Source: Deltaproteobacteria bacterium (GTDB lineage Bacteria > Desulfobacterota > Desulfomonilia > UBA1062). Taken from it: a stretch of 38,456 nucleotides of DNA. The stretch covers positions 1 to 38,456 of the forward strand of contig JAGGYK010000104.1 in assembly GCA_021162585.1 (NCBI GenBank), given 5' to 3'. Position numbers and translations under genes: made by a program. Shown here piece by piece: positions 1-9,878 of the stretch. Each line of letters begins with the position of its first letter. Position 1 is the stretch's first letter. Below the pieces are notes generated by a model, which was given only the letters and a program-made list of their open reading frames with translations, was not told the origin of the DNA and did no database searches.

Positions 1-90
1 AGCAGTAAGATGTTGTGCAGTATCTATTATCCTTTTATTATCGCAATCAATAGTAAAGGTTGGTTTGAGATATTCTTCCATTGAATCCAT
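1..90 (-). CDS. First 30 codons of a gene that runs off the left edge; product unknown
   Basis: The reverse strand reads ATG (88-90) then MDSMEEYLKPTFTIDCDNKRIIDTAQHLTA with no stop before position 1. A purine-rich GGAAGGG lies 7 nt upstream. It is absent from the ORF track only because fewer than 60 aa fall inside the window. Confidence 0.35.
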   Translation of the reverse strand, partial: MDSMEEYLKPTFTIDCDNKRIIDTAQHLTA

Positions 91-679
91 ACTTAGACCC
101 TTCCCTGTATCAAAAAATATTTTATATTATACACTAACTGTTAATGTCCGTCGATAGTTGTCAGTAGTTTGTTGCAAAAATCTTCAACTCTGTCCTGGTC
201 ATTAAATAATCTCCACCCGTATCTCTTTTGAGTAACAACTGACAACGGACAATGAACTACTGGCATCATCCACTAATTAGCGAATACTTAAAACCTATAT
301 GACTAACATTCATGTCTTTTAGTTTGCAAACTCGCTGTTATTGACATACGATCGTTTCCTGACCGCCAATACAAAAGATTCCCCCACTGAAAATCCTATG
401 TAACCCTTCAGTGAAGCACGAGATTGCAAGGCACAAAGTGGCAAAGGCCTGCCTATGCCTCCTGTGCAAAGCAATCGCCCCACGTACATCATACAACATG
501 GTTAGGTAAACAGTTCTTATCCGAGATGCCCACAGGCACATAGGAACAAAAAATTAGTAAGGCTTTATAAGCCGCCCATAAGTATAGAGCTGCTACTGAA
601 GAGTTTTCTTAAGATATTATTCAGGTCTTTACTTTGTGCCTTTGTGCCTGAATGATTGCATAAAGGTGCAAAGATTTTC

Positions 680-707
680 TTGACAATAATTTCGAATATG
701 GTATATT
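680..707 (+). promoter_or_regulatory. Sigma70-type promoter of the dehydrogenase-kinase-aldolase operon, with a TTCGAA-centred operator half-site in the spacer
   Basis: TTGACA (680-685), 16-nt spacer ataatttcgaatatgg, TATATT (702-707). AGGAGG at 765-770 precedes the ATG at 776. The block 675-709 matches the marR promoter at 15624-15658 (reverse strand) at 32 of 35 positions. Confidence 0.55.
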
Positions 708-775
708 TCTTATATAGAAGTATTTTTATATAATATGTAGACAGAATCATTTGACCCTTAACAAAGGAGGTAATA

Positions 776-1822
776 ATGAAAGCAGCTGCACTTTTTTCAA
801 TACCAAACGACATAAGGGTAACAGACATCGATAGACCCCAGATAGGCGATAGTGATTTCCTAATAAAGGTTAGAGCATGCGCTCTCTGTGCTACAGATGT
901 AAAGGTAGCGCTAAGGGGACGTCACTTCCTGATTGACCTTCATGGGCTACCTTTCGTATTGGGGCACGAAATAGCAGGAGAGGTGGCAGAAGTTGGAAGG
1001 GATGTGAAGGGGGTATCAGAGGGCGATAGGGTTGCAGTCTCGCCCTATGTGCCCTGCGGAAATTGCTATGCCTGCCGGATTGGAAACTATCGTTTTTGCG
1101 AGAAGGCGCCTTTTTCCTGGATAACCCCCGGGGGGTTTACTGAATATATCAAGGTACCAGGAGAAAACGCTGCATCCAGGGTAGCTAAGATGCCACTTGA
1201 TTTATCCTTTGAGGAAGCCGCACTTACTGAGCCTGTAGCATGTTGTTTCAATGGCATAGCCAAGTCTAGGATCCGAATGGGGGAGGATGTTACCATACTT
1301 GGAGCAGGCCCGATTGGATTAATGCTCCTCCAGCTAGCTAAGGTCGCAGGAGCAGGCAGGGTTATTATGATTGACATGGACAAAAAAAGAATAAGGTATG
1401 CCAAGGAGTTTGGGGCTGATGAGGTGATAGATGCCGGGACTGAGGACCCTGGAGAGTGCATCAGGGAGCTAACACAAGGTAGGGGTTCTGATGTGGTTAT
1501 TGAGGCCATCGGAAGCACTAAGACTTATCAACAGGCCCTTCAGCTGGTAAGAGGGGGCGGGACAGTAACCTTCTTTGGAGGGTGTCCAGGTGGATCAACC
1601 ATAGAGATAGGAACCGATTTGCTCCACTATATGGAACTAACCCTGGTAGGTGCCCAATCTTTCGGTCCTGATGTATTTCATAAATCGCTAAAGCTTATAT
1701 CTACAGGAAGAATAGATGCGAAAAGACTTATCACTCATAGGTACTATTCCTTGGACAAAGTTAAGGAGGCTATTGACATATCCATCAATAAAGAAGGGTT
1801 AAAAAAGGTAGTAATAATATAA
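776..1822 (+). CDS. Zn-dependent medium-chain (MDR) polyol/alcohol dehydrogenase, sorbitol/threonine-dehydrogenase-like
   Basis: 348 aa. Catalytic-Zn context CALCATD and GHEIAGEV, structural-Zn CGNCYACRIGNYRFC, Rossmann GAGPIGL. Good SD. Confidence 0.85.
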   Translation: MKAAALFSIPNDIRVTDIDRPQIGDSDFLIKVRACALCATDVKVALRGRHFLIDLHGLPFVLGHEIAGEVAEVGRDVKGVSEGDRVAVSPYVPCGNCYACRIGNYRFCEKAPFSWITPGGFTEYIKVPGENAASRVAKMPLDLSFEEAALTEPVACCFNGIAKSRIRMGEDVTILGAGPIGLMLLQLAKVAGAGRVIMIDMDKKRIRYAKEFGADEVIDAGTEDPGECIRELTQGRGSDVVIEAIGSTKTYQQALQLVRGGGTVTFFGGCPGGSTIEIGTDLLHYMELTLVGAQSFGPDVFHKSLKLISTGRIDAKRLITHRYYSLDKVKEAIDISINKEGLKKVVII

Positions 1823-1836
1823 GAAAGGTGATCATA

Positions 1837-3378
1837 ATGGCTGATTATCTCCTAGGAATCGATTTAGGTACAACAGCATGCAAGACTGGTATCTTTGATA
1901 CAAATGGTAATAGGGTTGCCCTCGCCTCTAAAGAATATCCCCTTTATACCCCTTATCCATCTTATGCGGAGCAAGACGCTGAGGATTGGTGGAATGCTGT
2001 GGTAGAGACTCTAAAAGAGGTATTGGATGCATCTGGAATAGATCCTAGAGATATTAAAGGGATCGGGGCAGGCGGCCCATGCTATGGCCATGTCTTCTTG
2101 GATAGCTCTGGAAATGTTTTAAGAAGGGCAATTACATTCCAGGACAGAAGGGCTACAAAACAAGCCCAGTGGATAATGAAAAACCTAAACGATCAAAAAA
2201 GATTTGAGCTTACTGGTAATCCTTTACCTGTAGATTCATCATTTAGTCCCTGTAGGCTCTTATGGATTAAGGAAAACGAGCCCGAACTACTTGATAAAAC
2301 TGATAAGGTCCTTCAACCCAAGGATTTTATCAATTTCAAATTGACCGGCAGTTTTGCTACTGACAGTTTGAGTGCAGCAGGCCTAGTAAACCTTATAGAC
2401 AATAAATATTATAAAGAATATTTCGATCTTTTGGGCATACCCATGAATATTGTACCTGATGTTCATCCCTCCTTTGATATTATTGGCAAGATAACAAGAG
2501 AGGTCTCAAATATTACAGACCTTTGTCAAGGTACACCGGTTGTGACTGGATGGATGGATGGTACCTGCTGTTGTATTGGCTCTGGCATGGTAGAACATGG
2601 TAGGGCAAACGATATGTGTGGAACAGCAGATAATATCGGAGTGATGTCAAAAAATTTTGCCTTTGATGAAGGCCTGATGGTTGGGCCTATATTTGACCTC
2701 TTCTTTATAGGTGGGGGCACATCAGCTGGTGGATATTCTCTTAAATGGTTTAGGAATACCTTTGGGCAAATAGAAGCCCAAATAGCAAATCAAATACCTG
2801 GGCTCTCCTCATACACGCTCTTGGATATGGAAGCAGATTCTGTAGTGCCTGGTGCAGATAATTTGATATTCTTACCTTATATTATCGGCGAAAGATCACC
2901 CATATGGGACCCAAATGCAAAGGGGTTATTTATAGGCATAACAGAAAGACATACCAAGGCTCACTTTGTAAGAGCAATCATGGAAGGTGTTGCTTACTCA
3001 ATAAGGCATATCCTGGAGATAGCTGAAAAGGCTAGCAAGATAAAGGTAGAGGAGATTAGGGTTGCAGGTGGTGGGGGAAAGAGTGAGGTATGGAATCAAA
3101 TAAAGGCTGATGTGCTTGGAAGAAGATTCTTAAAACTCAAGGAGCTGGAAGTTGGGGCACTAGGTGGTGCCATGTTGGCTGGCATGGGAACAAATATATT
3201 CAAGGATCAAAGGGAGGCAAGTGAGCTAATGGTCCATGTGGAGAAAATAATTGAGCCAAACATGGAAAACCATAGGAGGTATGATAAGCTTTTCAATATA
3301 TATAAAGGGCTATACCCTTTGCTTAAAAATACCTTCTTAAAACTTACAGAAAATGAAGATTCATTAAAGGAGGAATAA
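1837..3378 (+). CDS. FGGY-family carbohydrate kinase (xylulokinase/glycerol-kinase-like)
   Basis: N-terminal LGIDLGTTACKTGIFD actin-fold ATPase motif, about 510 aa, C-terminal GGGGKS region. I prefer the ATG at 1837 over the track's GTG at 1828 because GAAAGG sits 8 nt upstream of it. Confidence 0.85.
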   Translation: MADYLLGIDLGTTACKTGIFDTNGNRVALASKEYPLYTPYPSYAEQDAEDWWNAVVETLKEVLDASGIDPRDIKGIGAGGPCYGHVFLDSSGNVLRRAITFQDRRATKQAQWIMKNLNDQKRFELTGNPLPVDSSFSPCRLLWIKENEPELLDKTDKVLQPKDFINFKLTGSFATDSLSAAGLVNLIDNKYYKEYFDLLGIPMNIVPDVHPSFDIIGKITREVSNITDLCQGTPVVTGWMDGTCCCIGSGMVEHGRANDMCGTADNIGVMSKNFAFDEGLMVGPIFDLFFIGGGTSAGGYSLKWFRNTFGQIEAQIANQIPGLSSYTLLDMEADSVVPGADNLIFLPYIIGERSPIWDPNAKGLFIGITERHTKAHFVRAIMEGVAYSIRHILEIAEKASKIKVEEIRVAGGGGKSEVWNQIKADVLGRRFLKLKELEVGALGGAMLAGMGTNIFKDQREASELMVHVEKIIEPNMENHRRYDKLFNIYKGLYPLLKNTFLKLTENEDSLKEE

Positions 3379-3381
3379 AAA

Positions 3382-4179
3382 ATGTCTGAAATTGGAAAAC
3401 AGATAAGGTTGGGTAGAATCATAAATCAAAAATCTAAAAAGATGGTGGTGCTAGCTATGGATCATGCCCCTATGATGGGGCCTGTTAAAGGATTAGTAGA
3501 TCCAGTAGAGACAATAAAGAAGGTGGTCAAGGGCAAGCCAGATGCAATCATGTTGCACAAAGGCAATCTAAAGGCAGCATACCCATATATCATTGAGGCA
3601 GGAGTCCCTTTTATCTTGAAGCTCACTACAGCCCCCTTACTGGGGCCGATCTGGGATAAAACAACCCTGATTGACGAGGTTCAAGATGCTGTGAGACTAG
3701 GGGCCACTGGGATAGCTATCAGAACCTTGTTGGGAACAAAGTATGACTCAGAGATGTTGAGAGACTTTGGCAAAGTTTCAGTAGAATGCGATAAATGGGG
3801 CATCCCTTTACTAGCCATGGTGTATCCTGATGGGACTGATAATCCAATTAGTGTAACCTATGTTAAACATGCCGCAAGAGTAGGGGCGGAATTGGGCGCA
3901 GATATAGTTAAGACCTATTATACTGGGAGTGCCAAAAGCTTCCAAGAGGTGATAGAATCTTGCCCAGTCCCCGTAGTAATGGCAGGAGGAGAAAAGACAA
4001 AAACACCAAAAGAATTTTTAGAGCTAGCAAAAGGAGTTGTTAGGGTAGGATCAGCTGGTGTTATGGTGGGAAGAAATGTATGGGAATATGAAAACCCTCC
4101 TGCAATGATAAGGGCAATAAAAGCAGTTGTCCATGATGGAGCAAGTATCAAAAAGGCAGAAGCTGAGTTCAAGAAGTAG
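3382..4179 (+). CDS. Class I aldolase of the DeoC/LacD (DhnA/FbaB/LsrF-like) family
   Basis: 265 aa. MDHAPMMGP near the N-terminus, ADIVKTYYTG (putative Schiff-base Lys), PVVMAGGEK and VGRNVW are typical of archaeal-type class I aldolases. AAGGAGGA SD upstream. Confidence 0.75.
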   Translation: MSEIGKQIRLGRIINQKSKKMVVLAMDHAPMMGPVKGLVDPVETIKKVVKGKPDAIMLHKGNLKAAYPYIIEAGVPFILKLTTAPLLGPIWDKTTLIDEVQDAVRLGATGIAIRTLLGTKYDSEMLRDFGKVSVECDKWGIPLLAMVYPDGTDNPISVTYVKHAARVGAELGADIVKTYYTGSAKSFQEVIESCPVPVVMAGGEKTKTPKEFLELAKGVVRVGSAGVMVGRNVWEYENPPAMIRAIKAVVHDGASIKKAEAEFKK

Positions 4180-5542
4180 TGTTATTGCTCTTTTTCCTCT
4201 TTTCTACTCCAGAGAGGATCTCTTCGTATTTCTCTGCGGTAATAGGGTAAAATAAGAGGACAATAAGACCTGCCAGTACAATAGAAGCGCTTATCGGGCC
4301 AAAGAGTAGCTTTATACCGAAAAGGGTCTTGGGAGACTGGGGGACATTCGGGATATAGCCTGCTATCTTGATCCCCCACCCTGAGACAAACACACCAAGG
4401 GCAAAGCCAAACTTCTGTATAAATTGAAACATCCCATAATATATCCCCTCTCGCCTTTTGCCTGTAAGGAGCTCATCGTATTCGATCGTGTCAGGAAGGA
4501 TTGTGTGGGGAAATACATAGTTTGTCGAAAATCCGATACCTATAATAAACACGGCAGCATACAACCAGTAGATCTTACCTTGGGGTACAAAAAATGTAAT
4601 AATCATTCCCACTATTAAAAATGACATCCCTAAAATATAGGCGGCCTTTTTCCCGATCTTTTCTCCTATTTTCACCCATAGGGGCAGAAATATGGCTGCA
4701 GTAATCATGAGTATCAAAAAAACTGGCGTCATGTAGGTAGCTGGCATTTCAAGCCAGTATATAATATAGTAAATCAGCATAGACATGATTATGCTTACGG
4801 CAAACATTACCAGTAGGTATGACGTAAGGATATTTAGGAATGGTTTGTTTTTAAAACACAACTTTAAGGTATCTTTAATAGAAAAATGCTCCGTTTCGGT
4901 CTCAAACACAGGTAATTTCTTCAATGTAAAAAAGGGGACCAGCGTGACAAGCGCTGCTAGAACACCAAATATAGCACCCATTACCATATAGCCGGTGGAC
5001 TTGTCTTTAAAGATGGCAACCACAGGCATGAGGGCACCCCCTGCAATCAAAGCCCCTAAAATAGTAAATATTGATTTGTATCCTACTATGCTGGTCTTTT
5101 CATTAAAGTCCTTTGTAAGCTCAGGTAAGATGGAGAGGTAAGGGATGGTAACTACTGTATATACAGTGCATAGGAATATATATGTCACAATGGCATATAA
5201 GAATAAGAGTGTTTGATTTGTTATATGAGGGTTGGTAAAGACCAAAAAGAATGAAAATCCAAATGGAAAGGCCCCAAAGAGCAGGTAGGGTAGCCTCCTT
5301 CCCCACCTGCTCTTGGTACGGTCAGAGATAATTCCCATTAATGGATCACTCACGGCATCCCAAACCTTGGATATAAATAGGGCTGTACCTGCCAAAGCCG
5401 CCCCTAGCAAGGCTACATCTGTAAGAAAATTTAAGAGGTAAAGTCCAGTTCCTGTCAGGAGTATCTGAACTCCAACATCAGCGACCCCATAACCTAACTT
5501 TGTTTTGACAGATAATTTTCTCTTACCTATGTTGCTAACCAC
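4169..5542 (-). CDS. GPH-family (glycoside-pentoside-hexuronide:cation symporter, MelB-like) MFS transporter
   Basis: 457 aa, about 12 hydrophobic segments. The GPH signature loop reads DRTKSRWGRRLPYLLFG. GTG start with AGGAGG 5 nt upstream. Its 3' end overlaps the convergent aldolase gene by 11 nt. Confidence 0.8.
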   Translation of the reverse strand: MVSNIGKRKLSVKTKLGYGVADVGVQILLTGTGLYLLNFLTDVALLGAALAGTALFISKVWDAVSDPLMGIISDRTKSRWGRRLPYLLFGAFPFGFSFFLVFTNPHITNQTLLFLYAIVTYIFLCTVYTVVTIPYLSILPELTKDFNEKTSIVGYKSIFTILGALIAGGALMPVVAIFKDKSTGYMVMGAIFGVLAALVTLVPFFTLKKLPVFETETEHFSIKDTLKLCFKNKPFLNILTSYLLVMFAVSIIMSMLIYYIIYWLEMPATYMTPVFLILMITAAIFLPLWVKIGEKIGKKAAYILGMSFLIVGMIITFFVPQGKIYWLYAAVFIIGIGFSTNYVFPHTILPDTIEYDELLTGKRREGIYYGMFQFIQKFGFALGVFVSGWGIKIAGYIPNVPQSPKTLFGIKLLFGPISASIVLAGLIVLLFYPITAEKYEEILSGVEKRKKSNNTTS

Positions 5543-5676
5543 AATGGCCTCCTTTCAATTTACCTACATAGTGGACTCTAGAATGCTTAGCCCTAGGGTC
5601 AAAGGCATACTGTCAGACTATAACCCACAGATTCCCAACCATAAAGAATAGATAAAAGACGATAAAAAAACCATCA

Positions 5677-6885
5677 TTATCTATTATACTTCTCAACCAC
5701 ATCCTTGATGGCTGAAATTATATAATCCAAGTCTTCCTTATTAAGGTGAGGCTCACAGCCTGGTATGCCAACTCTGTCCTTCAAGAGCTTTTCTGCCTTT
5801 GGACACATAGTCTTATAATCTACCTCCCTACCATAGTAAGGACAGGAAAAAGGGCACAGACAATGGGGGTAGATCTTCTTCTCGAGATAGAATTCCTGGA
5901 GGTTATCAGGCCTGTCAAAAGCCATAGCCCCTACCCCTTTTTTAAACAAGAGAGAGATAAATTCCTGGATGCTCACCTTAAGCTCAGCTTCCAGGGTAAG
6001 GATATAGGTCCACCAAACACTATCACTCCAAGGTGGGGCCTTTAAAAGTCTTATTCCTTTATCCTCGAGATTAGAGAGCCTTTCCGTAAGATAGGCTGCA
6101 TTTCTCTTCCGCGCCGCGATGAACTTATTAATGCCCTTCATCTGGGCAAGTGCTATGGCTGCTGAAACCTCTGGAATGCGATAGTTGTAACCCATGTATA
6201 CATAGCTATAGGCATGTGGGATCCCAAAAGGACGCCCAAAGTTAGATATGGAATAGATCTTCTCTGCTAGTCTATCAGTATCAGTAATAACAAACCCCCC
6301 TTCACCGCTTGTTATTACCTTACTCTGATGTAGACTAAAGCAACCTACGTCCCCTAACGTACCTAAGAGTCTTCCCTTATACCTAGCGCCAATCGCCTGG
6401 GCTGCATCCTCGATGAGATAGAGGCTATGCTCTTTTGCTATCTCCATTATAGCATCCATCTGGGCAGCATGCCCCATGAGGTGTACCACAATAATCGCCC
6501 TTGTCTTGTCTGAGAGCTTTCTCCTTATATCCTCTGGATCTAACATCCCATACTCATCCACATCAGCAAAGATGGGAATTGCATTCTGATAAAGCACAGA
6601 GGTCGAGCTTGTGATAAAACCAATAGGTGGGACTATTACCTCATCGCCTGGCCCAATATCAAGGGCTGCTAGAGCCAGGTGGAGGGCGCTAGTACCTGAG
6701 TTGCAGGTTATAACATGCTTTACATTAAAATAATTACTAAGCTCTCCCTCTAGCTTAAAGGCCTTGGTACCATAGGTCCTAACAAGTATCTTTGAATCAA
6801 GGACCTCCATGACCTCCCTTTTTTCCTCCTCACCTAAGATGGGTGGAAAATTTATGTAGTATATTCTCTCCCTATCCTTTCCCAT
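5677..6885 (-). CDS. DegT/DnrJ/EryC1/StrS-family PLP aminotransferase (keto-sugar/inosose type)
   Basis: 402 aa. GTSALHLAL, EDAAQAIGA, and PLP-Lys context SLHQSKVITSGEGG. A Cys-rich C-terminal stretch reads HCLCPFSCPYYGREVDYKTMCPKAE. Confidence 0.8.
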   Translation of the reverse strand: MGKDRERIYYINFPPILGEEEKREVMEVLDSKILVRTYGTKAFKLEGELSNYFNVKHVITCNSGTSALHLALAALDIGPGDEVIVPPIGFITSSTSVLYQNAIPIFADVDEYGMLDPEDIRRKLSDKTRAIIVVHLMGHAAQMDAIMEIAKEHSLYLIEDAAQAIGARYKGRLLGTLGDVGCFSLHQSKVITSGEGGFVITDTDRLAEKIYSISNFGRPFGIPHAYSYVYMGYNYRIPEVSAAIALAQMKGINKFIAARKRNAAYLTERLSNLEDKGIRLLKAPPWSDSVWWTYILTLEAELKVSIQEFISLLFKKGVGAMAFDRPDNLQEFYLEKKIYPHCLCPFSCPYYGREVDYKTMCPKAEKLLKDRVGIPGCEPHLNKEDLDYIISAIKDVVEKYNR

Positions 6886-6897
6886 ATCTATCTCCTT

Positions 6898-8508
6898 TTA
6901 GATCGGGGCAAGCTCACTTCTATCGTCAAAGACTATATCAAGTATAGCAGGCAAACCTGCTGCGAAGGCCCTGTCCAAGGCATCATAGATCTTTCCAATA
7001 TTCTCTATTCTTTCTCCATAGATACCAAAACCTTGGGCCACCTTAGCAAAATTGATATCCTCATAGTCCACCCCTATGTACCTCCCAGAGAAACGGGACA
7101 TCTGGCTCTGTCTTATTGCACCAGTACCCCTATTGTTTAAGATTGCCACCACTACATTTATCCCATATCTCTTCGCGGTTTCCATCTCTTGGTCCATCAT
7201 GGCAAAACCACCATCCCCTGTTATACAGAGAACCTCTTTTTCTGGATGGGCTAATTTTACCCCCAAGGCCGCTGGAAAACCAAACCCCATAGTGCCAAAA
7301 CCCAGGGGGGTCAAGAAATCTCCTCCATTTTTCGTCATGAAATATTGGAGACACCATGCCTGGTGTTTACCGGCATCGGTTACTACAATGGCATCATCTT
7401 TAAGGAAGTGCCTTATCTCCTCTATCAATCTTTGAGGGGCTGGAACCTCCCCGCTCTCACCGCCTAAACCCCAAAGGTTTTTTCTCATAACATCAATTTT
7501 CCCTATCCTAGCCTCTCTCTCCTTAGAAGATACCATTCTCTTCACCTCTTTAATTAAGGACAAGAGGCTCTCTTTTGCATCACCTATAATCCCTATCCTT
7601 ACTGGATAATTCTTGCCAATCTCCTTAGAGTCTATGTCGATATGGACAATATCAGGAGGAAACTTTATACTCCACTTCATAGTAGAGGGACCTGAAAAAC
7701 GACATCCTATTGCCAGCATCAGATCATTTACATCCTGAGGAAGCATAAGGAATTTTCTTAGGGCAAGCCCTAAAACCAGTGGGTTACCTTCTGGTACTGC
7801 CCCTTTCCCCATAAAGCTTGTAACAACGGGACAGCCCAAGAGGCGAGCAAGCCTAAGTACATCTTCTCCAGCCTGTGACCATTTAACACCCCCACCCACA
7901 TAGATTAGAGGGTTTTTGGCAAGGGTAAGCATCCGAGCGACTTCCTCAATAGCACGAGGATTTCCAGTAGGAGGATCAAAAGAGGAAAGAGTAAATCCAT
8001 CAAAATCAGCTTCTCCTTCCAGGATATCCCTAGGGATTTCGCAATGCACAGGGCCTTTCCTTCCTGTAGTGGCAACCCTTATAGCATCTTTTATAACATC
8101 TGCCATCCTCTCAGGATGACTTACCCTTACGCTTTTCTTCGTTATAGAATTAAAAACAGGAAGGGTATCGAACTCCTGCAGATCCCCTTTACCAAAATCC
8201 TTAGTCCTGATATTCCCAGTAAGGACAAGGAGAGGGGAGGAACTAACCCAGGCCTCAGTAACGCCTGTTACTAGGTTGGTGGCACCAGGACCTGCTGTGC
8301 CAAGACATATCCCAAGCCTTCCAGTAGCCCGCGCATAACCATCGGCCATATGGGCTGCTGCCTGCTCATGTCTTACGGATATCAACTTGATTGCCTTATT
8401 CTCATATAGGGTATCAAAGATTGTCTCAATATGCCCGCCAGGAATGGAAAAAATATATTGAACACCCGCCTCTTTTAGACATTCTATCAGAATCTTTGCA
8501 GCCTTCAC
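6898..8508 (-). CDS. Thiamine-diphosphate enzyme, acetolactate-synthase large-subunit-like (no small subunit nearby)
   Basis: 536 aa. N-terminal RHEQAAAHMADGYAR and GPGATN. ThDP motif GDGGFAMMDQEMETAKRYGINVVVAILNN. GTG start overlaps the upstream stop (GTGA). Confidence 0.8.
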   Translation of the reverse strand: MKAAKILIECLKEAGVQYIFSIPGGHIETIFDTLYENKAIKLISVRHEQAAAHMADGYARATGRLGICLGTAGPGATNLVTGVTEAWVSSSPLLVLTGNIRTKDFGKGDLQEFDTLPVFNSITKKSVRVSHPERMADVIKDAIRVATTGRKGPVHCEIPRDILEGEADFDGFTLSSFDPPTGNPRAIEEVARMLTLAKNPLIYVGGGVKWSQAGEDVLRLARLLGCPVVTSFMGKGAVPEGNPLVLGLALRKFLMLPQDVNDLMLAIGCRFSGPSTMKWSIKFPPDIVHIDIDSKEIGKNYPVRIGIIGDAKESLLSLIKEVKRMVSSKEREARIGKIDVMRKNLWGLGGESGEVPAPQRLIEEIRHFLKDDAIVVTDAGKHQAWCLQYFMTKNGGDFLTPLGFGTMGFGFPAALGVKLAHPEKEVLCITGDGGFAMMDQEMETAKRYGINVVVAILNNRGTGAIRQSQMSRFSGRYIGVDYEDINFAKVAQGFGIYGERIENIGKIYDALDRAFAAGLPAILDIVFDDRSELAPI

Positions 8509-9836
8509 TGTGCCTCCCGTCTTTTTTTAAAAGCTCCTATCCTCTCCCGGTAGAAGTAGACAAGGATAGATGCTATAAGCCATGCACCAGGTAGGATATA
8601 AGCGGATGGCTTGATCATTGTAATCATGGCAAAAAAGAGGATGATGGAAACTACTATTACCAAGATTGGGAGGTATGGTACCCAAGGGGTTCTAAAGGGC
8701 CTCTCCATGGTCGGTTCCTTCTTCCTGAGCACAAGTAAAGTCAAGGATACCAAGGCTGCTCCAAAAAGTGCAATGAGTACTATTACTTGAACCCAGTCAA
8801 TCAATTCCCTTATAAAAACCCCAGCAAGACCAATAGCCCCTGCCAAAAATATCCCGTAATGGGGCACACCGTACTTATGGTGTATCTCTTCAAAGACCTT
8901 GGGTAAGATCCCATCTCGAGCAAAGGCCAGGGCAAGTCTAGGGGTAACGATATAGGCACCCAGCATAGTGGTCAATGCCCCAAAGAGCCCAGCAAAGAGG
9001 GTAATAACAGTAAAACCTCCCTTCCCCACATAAGGTATAATTATTTGAGAGACAGGCAACTCTTCCTTTGTCAGGGCTACAATATCTGTATAAGGAGCAC
9101 ATAGCACGGCAGATAAAGTGGTTACAACCAATACGCTCCCTACAATAACCACGATGTAGATTATCAACTTTCCCATCTCTTTTGTGGGCATTTTAAGCTC
9201 CTCTGCCACCTGAACAGCCATTTGAAAACCCAGATAGAAAAGTACCGCAAAGGCCACAGCACCAAGAAAGCCCGGTATCCCCTTTACAAAGAAGGGGGTA
9301 AGGTTAACTGGATTTGCACCTACAAAGCCTCCCGCTGCAAAGGCAATGAGCGCCAAGGTCATAGAGATAGTAAGAATTACCTCGATAATGCCGGATAATT
9401 TTATACCACAATAGTTTACATAGCCAATAAGAAGGACACTAGTTACCCCCCATACCCACCTGGGTATGGCCAGGGAGGGGAAAAAGCTATACATATAGTC
9501 CCCGATAACAATACCGCTTACCCCGATAACCATCATCCAGCAGAGCCATGCTACACTGGCAAATACCCAGCCGACAAACTTGTTAAAGGCACGAGACACA
9601 TAGATATACTCGCCCCCAACCTTGGGCATACTCGCCAGAAGCTCCCCGTAACAGAGGCCTATTAGGATCACCACAACCCCTGCACAGAGATAGGCAAGGA
9701 ATGTACTTGGGCCCGAAGCCTCTATTATGAAAGGGGCAACTATGAGGTAATCCCCACCAATAATAGTTCCCACGCCCATACAAAGAATCATGATAAGGGT
9801 TACCTCTTTTTTTAGGTTGGCTATTCCCTTTTCCAT
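8505..9836 (-). CDS. APC-superfamily amino acid/organocation permease
   Basis: 443 aa, about 12 TM segments. N-terminal GVGTIIGGDYLIV and GELLASMPKVGGEYIY are typical of APC permeases. Confidence 0.8.
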   Translation of the reverse strand: MEKGIANLKKEVTLIMILCMGVGTIIGGDYLIVAPFIIEASGPSTFLAYLCAGVVVILIGLCYGELLASMPKVGGEYIYVSRAFNKFVGWVFASVAWLCWMMVIGVSGIVIGDYMYSFFPSLAIPRWVWGVTSVLLIGYVNYCGIKLSGIIEVILTISMTLALIAFAAGGFVGANPVNLTPFFVKGIPGFLGAVAFAVLFYLGFQMAVQVAEELKMPTKEMGKLIIYIVVIVGSVLVVTTLSAVLCAPYTDIVALTKEELPVSQIIIPYVGKGGFTVITLFAGLFGALTTMLGAYIVTPRLALAFARDGILPKVFEEIHHKYGVPHYGIFLAGAIGLAGVFIRELIDWVQVIVLIALFGAALVSLTLLVLRKKEPTMERPFRTPWVPYLPILVIVVSIILFFAMITMIKPSAYILPGAWLIASILVYFYRERIGAFKKRREAQ

Positions 9837-9878
9837 GTTAACCCCCTTAAAAAATATTAAATAAAATTATCCTTTCAA

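Noticed and set aside
141-263. An imperfect inverted repeat: tgtccgtcgatagttgtcagtagtt at 145-169 against aacaactgacaacggaca at 233-250
   Set aside because: The arms align only with several indels and consist of low-complexity (gtcagt/gttgt) units. This may be a degenerate member of the short repeat families, but the evidence is too weak to call an element.
338-828. ORFs at 338-541 and 565-828 on the minus strand, upstream of the dehydrogenase gene
   Set aside because: They have no SD and odd Cys/His/Arg-rich or low-complexity composition. They overlap the predicted promoter and the start of the dehydrogenase gene. The region contains repeat-like motifs (aggcacaaag / tgcctttgtgcc) and is more likely non-coding.
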